A stretch of 64,000 bases of DNA from Naegleria gruberi (Eukaryota): NCBI GenBank assembly GCA_000004985.1, contig GG738875.1. The stretch is one strand, 5' to 3'. Position 1 is the first letter of the stretch, and every line of letters begins with the position of its first letter. Both the position numbers and the translations under genes were made by a program. The notes under the pieces were generated by a model. It had not been told where the DNA came from. It made no database searches and saw nothing but the letters and a program-made list of their open reading frames with translations. This document shows positions 34,201-42,241 of the stretch, in pieces.

Positions 34201-36411
34201 ACCATCATTATGAAATAAACTCTTGCTCAACAATTTTGCTTGTGATTTTTTAAACAAAATATCAGATATACTCATCATTGAAACAATAATAACCATTAAA
34301 TCAGCTACACCCTTCAAATTTGCTTGAATAATCATTCTAGACAGTGTTGGTTCTGTCTGTAACTCACAAGCCATAGTGCCAAACTCAGTGATGACACCTT
34401 CATGAACAAAGCCAAGCTTTTCCAGAGATCCAACCTCTTTAGTGATTCTTTCTATGGATGGCATTTCTAATAGTTCAAAAGCGTTTATATCGGTAACACC
34501 ACATGATAATATTTGCAAAATAGATATACCAAGATGACTTCTCATAATTTCAGCTTCTGAAGCTAATTTCATTCTCTGATATTCTACTTGTGGATATAAT
34601 CTATAACATATTCCAGAACTATTTCTTCCTACTCTTCCTTTCCTTTGCAGAGCACAGGATTGAGAGATGGAAACAGTTTTAAGTATTGACATATTCCTGT
34701 CATTATCATAGAATTTTTGTCTCATTAATCCAGAGTCTATAACTATTCTTAATGAAGGAATAGTAATGGATGTTTCTGCAACATTTGTCGAAAATATAAT
34801 CTTTCTCATAGACTTTGATTGATCGAAAATCTTTTTCAATTCAAAACTATCAATTTTTCCATGTAGAGCAATTATTTGGCAAGACGTTCCAAGGCTCTTT
34901 TTAGCCATTTTGCAACATTTGGTAACATCTTCTCTAGATGCAAGAAAAACCAGAATATCTCCTTCATGTAGATTATTCTTGACAATGTCAGTAACCTTTC
35001 TAGTTGCCTGTTCACAAGTATTTGCTTCTCTTGAATGAGAGAAATACTCCACAACAGGGTAACTTTGATGTTCTAGTTTCTTGATTGGGCAGTTATCAAA
35101 AAACATTGAAAACAAATCTTCATTGATTGTTGCAGAGGATATCAAGACTTTTAAGGGATTGTTCAAAGCTCTTCTTCTCTTTACACAATCCTTTAATAAT
35201 GAAAGTAGAATATCGGTATAAATTGATCTTTCATGCGCTTCATCAACAATAATAATAGAATAACTTAATAGGAGTTGATCATTCTGATACTCATTCAATA
35301 AACAACGATCTGTGACAAAATTAATAGATACTCTGTTGTTCCTTTTCCTTTTCTCGCCAAGCTTGCATGAAACAATAGATTTATCTCTCAATTCTTCAGA
35401 AACTCTATTAGCAAGAGTGATACAGGTCAATTTTCTGGGTTGTGTGCATGCTATTGATTTATAGCCATGTTCTAAAAGATACTGAGGAATTTGGGTACTC
35501 TTTCCAGCACCAGTAGAACAACTACAAATAACAACATCATTCTGGTCCAATAATTCCAAAATTTCGTTCCTTATCGAATAAATTGGGAGTCTGTTGGTGG
35601 TAATCCTTCCACATTCAATCTCTGTGGCCTTTAGCTTTTGCACCATACTGGTGGTTGATTGGAGAATTAGCTTCATTCTTGCGGAGAATGTTTTGCATTG
35701 ATTCTCTATCATTTTCAAATCATTAATTAATATTTGTACCTTTTCCAAGTACTTTTGATAGTCAAACGTTTTAACAAGATGATGTTTGCTTTTGTTAATT
35801 TCCTCTTCCTTTTCCTTTAGCACATTCAAAGCCTGTACTATCTTGGTATCAATCAAATTCTTTAATTTTTCATTACTATCTTGTTTGACGACACGTGTAG
35901 TTTTTTGCTGTTGTGGTTGTATAGTACTACTATTTTGTGCTGCATTTTCCTGTTGTTTTAATTTTGGTTGTTGAACAAGCTTTGCTTTCTTATTTTTCTT
36001 TTTTTTTAAATTATTTTCTAAAAGTTGTTTTGGTGGGTTTTCTTGTGAAACATATTGTTGTTTGTTTTCAACTTGGTTAATGATGGTTGGTGAAGACAAT
36101 TTGCTTGTGAATGCTCCATTTTGTTGGTGATTTGAAGTTGCAAACTTTTTTCTTCTCTCCTCCTTTTTGATTTGATTGGAAGGAACTAGAGTTGATGTGT
36201 TTTTGCTGAGTTTGCTATTATTTGGATTATTCGATGATGTTATTTTGGAGGATGATGGAGTAGTGTCCTCATTATCATTGGTACTTTGTTTGATTGGTTC
36301 TGTAACTACTTTGTCTATTACCTTGACAAACAACTTTCGTTGTTGCGGTTTCTTCTTCTTCTTGATTGCTGGATCATGCTCCACATTCACAGGGCTTGGT
36401 TTTGTATCCAT
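31201..36411 (-). CDS. DEAH-box helicase fused to a C-terminal RING-between-RING (RBR) E3 ligase module
   Basis: The 1736-aa protein has a low-complexity K/N/Q-rich N-terminus. Helicase motifs are CSCSTGAGKST (Walker A) and IIVDEAHERS (DEAH), plus the HA2/OB region. The C-terminus carries CPICFERM...CNHEICKDCF (RING1), an IBR Cys/His cluster and CPSCSQRIEKSEGCNHMSK (RING2-like). Confidence 0.8.
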   Translation of the reverse strand: MDTKPSPVNVEHDPAIKKKKKPQQRKLFVKVIDKVVTEPIKQSTNDNEDTTPSSSKITSSNNPNNSKLSKNTSTLVPSNQIKKEERRKKFATSNHQQNGAFTSKLSSPTIINQVENKQQYVSQENPPKQLLENNLKKKKNKKAKLVQQPKLKQQENAAQNSSTIQPQQQKTTRVVKQDSNEKLKNLIDTKIVQALNVLKEKEEEINKSKHHLVKTFDYQKYLEKVQILINDLKMIENQCKTFSARMKLILQSTTSMVQKLKATEIECGRITTNRLPIYSIRNEILELLDQNDVVICSCSTGAGKSTQIPQYLLEHGYKSIACTQPRKLTCITLANRVSEELRDKSIVSCKLGEKRKRNNRVSINFVTDRCLLNEYQNDQLLLSYSIIIVDEAHERSIYTDILLSLLKDCVKRRRALNNPLKVLISSATINEDLFSMFFDNCPIKKLEHQSYPVVEYFSHSREANTCEQATRKVTDIVKNNLHEGDILVFLASREDVTKCCKMAKKSLGTSCQIIALHGKIDSFELKKIFDQSKSMRKIIFSTNVAETSITIPSLRIVIDSGLMRQKFYDNDRNMSILKTVSISQSCALQRKGRVGRNSSGICYRLYPQVEYQRMKLASEAEIMRSHLGISILQILSCGVTDINAFELLEMPSIERITKEVGSLEKLGFVHEGVITEFGTMACELQTEPTLSRMIIQANLKGVADLMVIIVSMMSISDILFKKSQAKLLSKSLFHNDGGDLFSLLQIFQEYSQQSNKEEWSLKNNINVQYLKNAEMNLKDFKNKINFFKKKRIIRKECISKEQLLKESIIESQYQNLAYFDGYLPNMTKVYYIPSLKQRAFIHNSSHQFLGDPKPFILFSDLVRTDKLYMRNITPIDLKEILHFYPQLETNMIVSKVKEELRVKLPSIVSEDLKFRNTEFIEEVERQLGHVIEIDSTDSSIKVYCDQGERFNIISQIKEVIEIAKKRALSQILELEIENGLDDDSSGLRIMVSSGCKVKGLIFPNEFTKLQVDNLPLGCDDDTLRNLFLPYHTLDARVYSSLPNDSFASGYVVFTNFSVATTVYHKFKETYKLTPVLFNTKSSNESALVRLKWNIGPNNGYCLIGFKNGNNSATINNITHDRIFSSQLGPAGLRFQIKKTKNKDTLEIRNIYDHIDAKFVKVLLDNRHIDYHFVSILRRPVVVENDLIQGVLLSKVQSFQSLEFLDILNIDTYKQFGEALVCFTDQKDAKSAAQALNSTKFMGAILWANSIHRDSVTVPTEVTELLKFELQCLIDNCKAKIKYNTSRKNAENYKTEISIQSANLEDFNEAKKNVVALVKPLSLHLTHQTIQYASRKRKQLDQIENRNQVFISINSKTRTIEIFGLIDDKHNAKEEIMQLVEGHSKTLTIHLKYLKSITGNAGKPFQELKTQFANCDISLNVKTKELIVDGNEKDQHAIQQYVTELMENYEQNHNVEHTDDDCPICFERMTNPFRTIGCNHEICKDCFRFQIQNPNSFVCSCCEMDLSISEILMYLETKQEKTYTKALEDFLLENPESYKYCPKNCGSVCRIDGSDIICQTCNLSFCKECEKKSHKGQKCGDEDKTREWMNTKTKPCPSCSQRIEKSEGCNHMSKFLNLFISELTCSLILACCYCGQHFCWLCLKGFATGQATYAHFRAGSCLTFDVPPEIIRPRQVNPPVNNQIPLQLIPQPNPQPVPARIRPLIIPPQPQQLQQPQPNNPQPQPPQRQGLLNCLVM

Positions 36412-36591
36412 TTTCTTTATTCTTGTGAGTATTGATTGGTTTTTACGTTTTTTTAAATGACAGGACTGATGGGAATTCCCAACTATAAAGCCTCAAGCTA
36501 AAGAACTTGGAAATTCGAAATTAAATTTTTAAAAATAAAAAAATCAAAACTATTATACCTCATTCAGAGATTATTAATTGGAATAACAATA

Positions 36592-37062
36592 ATGGGGAAC
36601 GTACAAGAACCAGCTAAACCTGCCGTTGCAAAACAACAAATAATTACTGGTTGTTTATCGGAATTCATGAAAACCGTTCCTATCGAGATTAAACTTTATA
36701 CATTTTCATATGTTCCGATGGAGGATTTTCCCAAATTACTGCTCATTACCAAACCACTAAAGAATTCAATACTAAGGAATGATGAAATATTTGTATTTTA
36801 TTATAAAGATTTTAGAGAAAGGGCACTAATTGAAATATCAAAGCTAAATGGAACAATTAACATGGGGCCAAGATTGGATATAGAAGTTAGCGATGAAATG
36901 TTTAATCCATCTCTTCCTCTTAGTATTGATCAAGTTCAAACCAAATCGAATAGTCAGAAGATATCGAAAAATTACAAAAAATTACAACAAGTTGTACAGA
37001 ATCACATTGCATTGAGAAATAGTATTGAGAGATTGACTGTTAGTGTAAAGGCTCCAAAGTAA
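36592..37062 (+). CDS. small F-box-like protein, paralog of 25535..25999, with an N-terminal Met-Gly
   Basis: MGNVQEP...KTVPIEIKLYTFSYVPMEDFPKLLLITKPLKNSIL aligns with the 25535..25999 product across the F-box-like region. Confidence 0.5.
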   Translation: MGNVQEPAKPAVAKQQIITGCLSEFMKTVPIEIKLYTFSYVPMEDFPKLLLITKPLKNSILRNDEIFVFYYKDFRERALIEISKLNGTINMGPRLDIEVSDEMFNPSLPLSIDQVQTKSNSQKISKNYKKLQQVVQNHIALRNSIERLTVSVKAPK

Positions 37063-37422
37063 CTGGGCTATCTACATGTCAAATTGCAAACTTAAATAAT
37101 CTAGATCAACAAGATTTCAAAAATCAACAGGAAAATATTAATTAAGTCAGTAGTCATAAGTAGTCAACAATTAAATAATATTCAATAATCCTTGTTTTTA
37201 GGGTTTTCGAAGAATTTCATTGAAAAGTGAAACTTCTAAAGGGATGATGTGTATTTCAATCAACATTCTGTGCGAATATTATTTTTTCCTTCAAGGTTCA
37301 CCACCATTCAATCAGTTGCATATCTTCTTTTTAAGTATTTATAGAAATTCCACTACTAATACTGTCAATTAAAGCAACAAAAAATAACACAACATCAATA
37401 AGAAGAAAGTATTCATTCCGAA

Positions 37423-39129
37423 ATGATATCAACAAAAAGTGAATCATCACACTTACAAGACATAACAATTGAACAACCATTGAAAAACAAGACAAACCTT
37501 CCTTGTTACATTATCAAGAATTTTCTCACACCGAAAGAATGTTCGGAATTTATTGAAAAAGCTGTGAAAATTGGATTTGATTTGGCCTCTCATGATTACC
37601 CACCTTCCTACAGAAATAATGAGAGAATTATAATGGATGACGAAGAGTTGGCAGAGAAAATGACCAAGAAATTGAAACCAATGCTTGATAGTTTGAATTT
37701 AGTGGAATTTGAAAAGGATGGATTGGAATGTGAATTGAAAAGTGTCAATTCTAGATTTAGATTGTGTAGATATCAAGAAGGACAAGAATTTAGAATTCAT
37801 CAAGATGGTGTTCATTACAAATCAAAGTTTGTCAAGTCAATTTTGACATTTATGATTTATTTGAATGAAGAATTTGATAATGGACATACAATTTTCTTCA
37901 AGTCTGGACCTTCCTCAAACCCTCCAGAAGAAATGGGAAAATACAAACCTCAATGTGGTGATTTGATAGTATTTGATCATGAATTGTGGCATTCTGGAGA
38001 AATTGTCAATAATGGTATCAAATATGTCATGAGGAGTGATATCATTTATGATACTATCCCTATTAGTTTTGGAAATAATTCAATCGGAACAATGGAATCA
38101 TTGGAAAATTCGAACAATTGGAATAATTCTCACAATGGATATGTTTGGAAATTAATCAAGGTTGGAAAAGATGATTCCTTAATTGCTAGCGGAGGAAGAG
38201 ACACCACTATAAATATTTTCAACGAATCACTGCAAATCCAATTCAAACTTGAGGGTCACCAAAAATCAGTGCTTGGCTTATCGAAAATGGCAAATAATCA
38301 AATGGTTTCCATTTCCAGAGACCGATCAATTAAGATTTGGGACCTGGAAACGAGAGAATGTATTTTCACCAAAGAGCAAGCTCACAATCATACAGGATTA
38401 TGTGTAGAAGCGGATCCTTTTGATTCTTCAATAATTGCTTCTGGCTCTGCTGATTGTATCATCAAACTTTGGAAATTTGTTGATGGAAAATTAGAATTGT
38501 CCAAACAATTTAACGGCCACAATGGATGGATTTGGTCTTTGAAATGGATTACAATTGAAGGAGAGAGGATGCTCTTGTCTGCATCTGAGGATGGATCCAT
38601 ACGAGTCTGGAATAGTGAAACTGGCTCGTGTCACATTATTGATCAATTACAAAATCCTCTTAGGTGCCTTACTACTTTTAATTATCCAAATTCACAAATG
38701 GACACCATTATTTGTCTTGGAGACAATGAAGGCAATCTCTATCTCTATTATGTAAAAGGGGGTTTTAGTAATTTTAGTACGAAACGAACAGAATTCAAGA
38801 ACTTGCACAGGGCCTCAATAAGAACTGTTAAATTTATTAGTTCTCACATGATTGTAACAGGCTCTGAAGACTATTCTGTAATGTTATGGAAACTGAAGCA
38901 TGAGCTTTCCTCAATACCTCAACTACATCATGTCTATACCTTCAATCACAATAATTTTGTCACAGACTGTCTCTCACAATTTCACAATGAACAACAAGCA
39001 CAAGAGGAGGATAATCAATTCGCCTCCTTCTTCACTTCCTCCTATGATGGCGCCATTAAGAAACACCAAGTATCACTCTCATCGACAAGTCTTTCTTTAA
39101 CTTTGCTTGGCATGATTGGTACCAATTAA
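37423..39129 (+). CDS. 2-oxoglutarate/Fe(II) prolyl-4-hydroxylase-like domain fused to WD40 repeats
   Basis: The N-terminal domain has the P4H-type facial triad RIHQDG (HxD)...ELWHSGE (distal His)...KYVMRSDIIY (2OG-binding basic residue) and no signal peptide. The C-terminal half has six or more WD-like repeats (SGGRDTTINIF, SISRDRSIKIWDL, SGSADCIIKLW, SASEDGSIRVW, TGSEDYSVMLW). Confidence 0.7.
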   Translation: MISTKSESSHLQDITIEQPLKNKTNLPCYIIKNFLTPKECSEFIEKAVKIGFDLASHDYPPSYRNNERIIMDDEELAEKMTKKLKPMLDSLNLVEFEKDGLECELKSVNSRFRLCRYQEGQEFRIHQDGVHYKSKFVKSILTFMIYLNEEFDNGHTIFFKSGPSSNPPEEMGKYKPQCGDLIVFDHELWHSGEIVNNGIKYVMRSDIIYDTIPISFGNNSIGTMESLENSNNWNNSHNGYVWKLIKVGKDDSLIASGGRDTTINIFNESLQIQFKLEGHQKSVLGLSKMANNQMVSISRDRSIKIWDLETRECIFTKEQAHNHTGLCVEADPFDSSIIASGSADCIIKLWKFVDGKLELSKQFNGHNGWIWSLKWITIEGERMLLSASEDGSIRVWNSETGSCHIIDQLQNPLRCLTTFNYPNSQMDTIICLGDNEGNLYLYYVKGGFSNFSTKRTEFKNLHRASIRTVKFISSHMIVTGSEDYSVMLWKLKHELSSIPQLHHVYTFNHNNFVTDCLSQFHNEQQAQEEDNQFASFFTSSYDGAIKKHQVSLSSTSLSLTLLGMIGTN

Positions 39130-39292
39130 GGATGCACAAAAAGAGCCTTTACACCGGTCAAGCTCCTCATCTTATCAGAAGCAAACATGGTCGAGTTTAA
39201 CAATTAAGAAAAATCGAAACAAAAAAAAACCGCCCTTCTACGGAGGAAAGAGATCCACACACGGAGACGTCATTTTCATCAGCGAGTGAGAT

Positions 39293-41867
39293 ATGCCTTG
39301 CGGAAAGGAAGTAAATCATGTTCGGATAGAGCCCTCTAATATTATTGTTTGTAATCATCAGATGATGAAGGAGAATGGACCATTACCATCAACATCAACA
39401 TCATCATGTAAATTAAGGCACCATAAGGATGTACTACTGCTGCATCCAAAGAGGAACAAAACAAGAAAAGTTTCCAAGTGTAAAGTAGAAACAACACGTA
39501 GTGTTGATTGTGATGATTCTTCGTCTTCAGCATCACACTCGGTACCATCAATATTAAATGTGGTACTAAGGTTCAAAAGCCTATTCTTCCTCATATGCTT
39601 CTTCTTCTTCTTCTCACATGATACATGCCTTGTTGGAAAGGTAGAGGCGATAACATGCCCAAACGGAGTGGATAATCTTCACATACAAACAAATTGGGTG
39701 ATGCAAGCACAATATGGTGCCTTTCAAGCAGCAGTGGAGATGGGATTTTATGATAATGAATGTTTGAATGTTGTTATCAAATTGGGTATGTTGTACAAGA
39801 AATGTTGAACATTGTTGACATGATCTTACATCTATAACAATGTTAAATATTTTATGATAATGTTATCATTGTATTATGTACAACGATGATGTGGATCAAC
39901 ATGCCTCAAATTATATGATAAAAAAGGTGGACCTAATGCTGATCCAATAGCAGTAATTAAAAGTGGTGAAGCTCAATTGGGAGTTTTCTTATATTCGAGA
40001 GTTTTGGTCAATAGAGAGCTTGGCTTGGACTTTGTAAATATTTTCCAACATTATTCGAGAGGTGGATTGACAATGGTTTCGAGGACAGAATCTGAGATAT
40101 CAACCTTCCCACAATTCAAAGGGAAGAATATTGGATATTGGGTTGGTAATGATTACTCCCTGCTTGCCACAATGAAGAAATATAATATAGATACCAAAAC
40201 GGAAATGAGCTTGAGATTGCAATCTTTCTCAATTTTACCATTGTTGGAACAACCTGAAAGGTAGGTTAATATTTTCTTGACTTTTTACCTTTAATTTTTT
40301 TCTAAACATTTTACTATTAAGATATGATGTTATTATGGCAATGGGATATGATCAATTGGGAAATCTTTTGATGACTGCAAAGAAAGATTCAAGTGGAAAA
40401 CCGACTGATGAATTGTATTCGATTGGAAGAGATTTAAATATCTTGGATTTCAATGCAGAACAAACTGCCATGTTGGAAGATTGTATTGTTATGAACAAGG
40501 CTTGGTATGACACCAATCCAATCAAAAATAAGGACATTCTAGTTCGTTTCTTGAAAGCAACTATTAAGGGATTGATTACCTGTAGAGATTATGAAACCAA
40601 ATGTTTCAATTTAATGCCAGATAAGAGTGCACATCAAGTTTGGTCAGTGAGAGAAGTCAACAAATTAATTTGGCCTGCTAATTTAAATGGAGTAGGATGG
40701 ATGAATACTACCTTATTGAACAGAACTATAGACGTTGCTTACAAATTTGGAGTAATTAATTCATTAGCTTCAGCTAATGGATCTTATGATTCTCAATTTG
40801 TTGAAGAAGCCATGCGACAATTTAGAAAAGGACTAGCGGATGGAAGTATTTCAGATAAGTATTCTGATTTAGTAGCACCAAACTATGGTCCAACCTCACA
40901 CGAATTCTGCTATGACGTTACAACTGATACTGTTTTCATTTGTAATGGAAAACTTGATACCCTTCGTGTAACTGTACTTGTTGTAGGAATAGTATTGGGA
41001 AGTGTGATGGTAATGTCTGCCGTTTTGGGACTGTTGGCCATTGCGTTTGGCTTTACTCTCTTGAAGAAACGAAGAGAATTGCTAATGTTTGCCCCTACAG
41101 AAAAGGATGAATCATTCCCAATTGTTTTCACTGATATTCAACAATCAACAAAATTATGGAATGCCTTCCCAGAGGAAATGAAAATTGCTCTGGAACTTCA
41201 CAATCAATTGCTGCGGAGATTATTAGATGAATATGAAGGATATGAATGTAAATCACAAGGAGATGGATTGATGGTCGCTTTCAGAGATCCAATCAATGCA
41301 TTGAAATGGATGTTGAGAAGTCAAGTGGAATTAATGAAATTGGATTGGCCAGAACATTTAATGGATCAAGAACATGCAAAATTTGAGGTTGATAATGTTG
41401 GTAAAATGATATTCAGAGGATTGAGAGTGAGAATGGGAGGTGGAATGTGTAAACCAGATGTAAAAAGGGACAAAATTGGACGGATTGATTATCTAGGTAA
41501 TGATGTGAATCAAGCTGCAAGAGTTGGAAGCATTGCAGTGGGTGGCCAAATTGTCATTCATCAAAATTTGTATGAGGAAGTTTCACACAAACTTACGGAC
41601 CTCATCATTAGAGGAGAAACAAAAGCTCCACCGTTCAATTTTCTAGGTTTCTACATGCTTAAAGGAATTGACGGAGTTCATGCTCTGTATGACATATTGC
41701 CAGCAAGTATTCACTTTAGAAAATCTCTCTTTCCACCAATTTTCGATGAAGCAAAAGGACTTCTAATTAAGGAACTTGAAGAAACAGCAATCATTGCCAC
41801 AACCACAGATATAATGGACGAACCAGAAGCTCAAGGTTCAGGAGAGAAATCTAGCAATGAAATTTAA
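39293..41867 (+). CDS. receptor-type class III nucleotidyl (adenylate-like) cyclase A: cytosolic leader, TM1, NMT1/SsuA/THI5-like solute-binding ectodomain, TM2, cyclase domain; exons approximately 39293..39785, 39927..40260, 40322..41867
   Basis: Exon 1 ends ...NECLNVVIKLG|gtatgt. Exon 2 runs GPNADPIAVIKSGEAQLGVF...LLEQPER and ends AG|gtaggt. Exon 3 begins after ttaag with YDVIMAMGYDQLGN. The ectodomain has periplasmic binding protein (PBP) type-2 NMT1-like blocks (WVMQAQYGAFQAA, FPQFKGKNIGYWVG). A hydrophobic TM follows (LRVTVLVVGIVLGSVMVMSAVLGLLAIAFGF), then the cyclase domain: FTDIQQSTKLWN...CKSQGDGLMVAFRDP...GNDVNQAARVGSIAVGGQIVI. A Lys at the base-recognition position suggests ATP. There is no in-frame ATG immediately before the first hydrophobic segment, so the start at 39293 gives a roughly 100-aa cytosolic leader. 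Confidence 0.7.
39640..40700 (+). repeat. paralogous segment shared with 42410..43400; exons near-identical, introns diverged
   Basis: The last ~150 nt of exon 1, all of exon 2 and the first ~330 nt of exon 3 are about 90% or more identical at DNA level between cyclase genes A and B, with short divergent patches. Introns 1 and 2 differ in length and sequence (141 vs 75 nt; 61 vs 52 nt). Confidence 0.7.
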
Positions 41868-42241
41868 GGAATTCAAGCCCCTCCTGTGATGGACAGTAGA
41901 CTAAACAATGAGATCCTCAATCTCCAAAATCGTTAAAGTCCAACCTTTTAAGAACCTCAACATTATTTCTTAAGGACACTTTGGCGCTTAATATTCGCAA
42001 CCCTTTATGGCAGTTTGGTCTGATGTGTACTGCAAAAACGACCAAATAAAGATCTGTAAAGCCTAATTTCGTGCCCTTAGTAATCATCCCGTTTGACCTC
42101 ACAAGAAATCATCTCTTTGCTATACTGATTCAACCCTCCTCCGCTAATTAATAACTTCTATTCAAGAAGAAAAAACCATCACATCAACAACTTTATTGTA
42201 GTTTTTAGAGAGAGATTAAGGATTGATTGGTATAGACTAAA

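Noticed and set aside
39977-40264. ORF-track entries 39977..40264 and 42683..42970 as independent 95-aa genes
   Set aside because: Their tracked M is a TTG. Both are internal exons of the cyclase genes, flanked by ag acceptors and gtaggt donors, and the reading frame continues from upstream exons.
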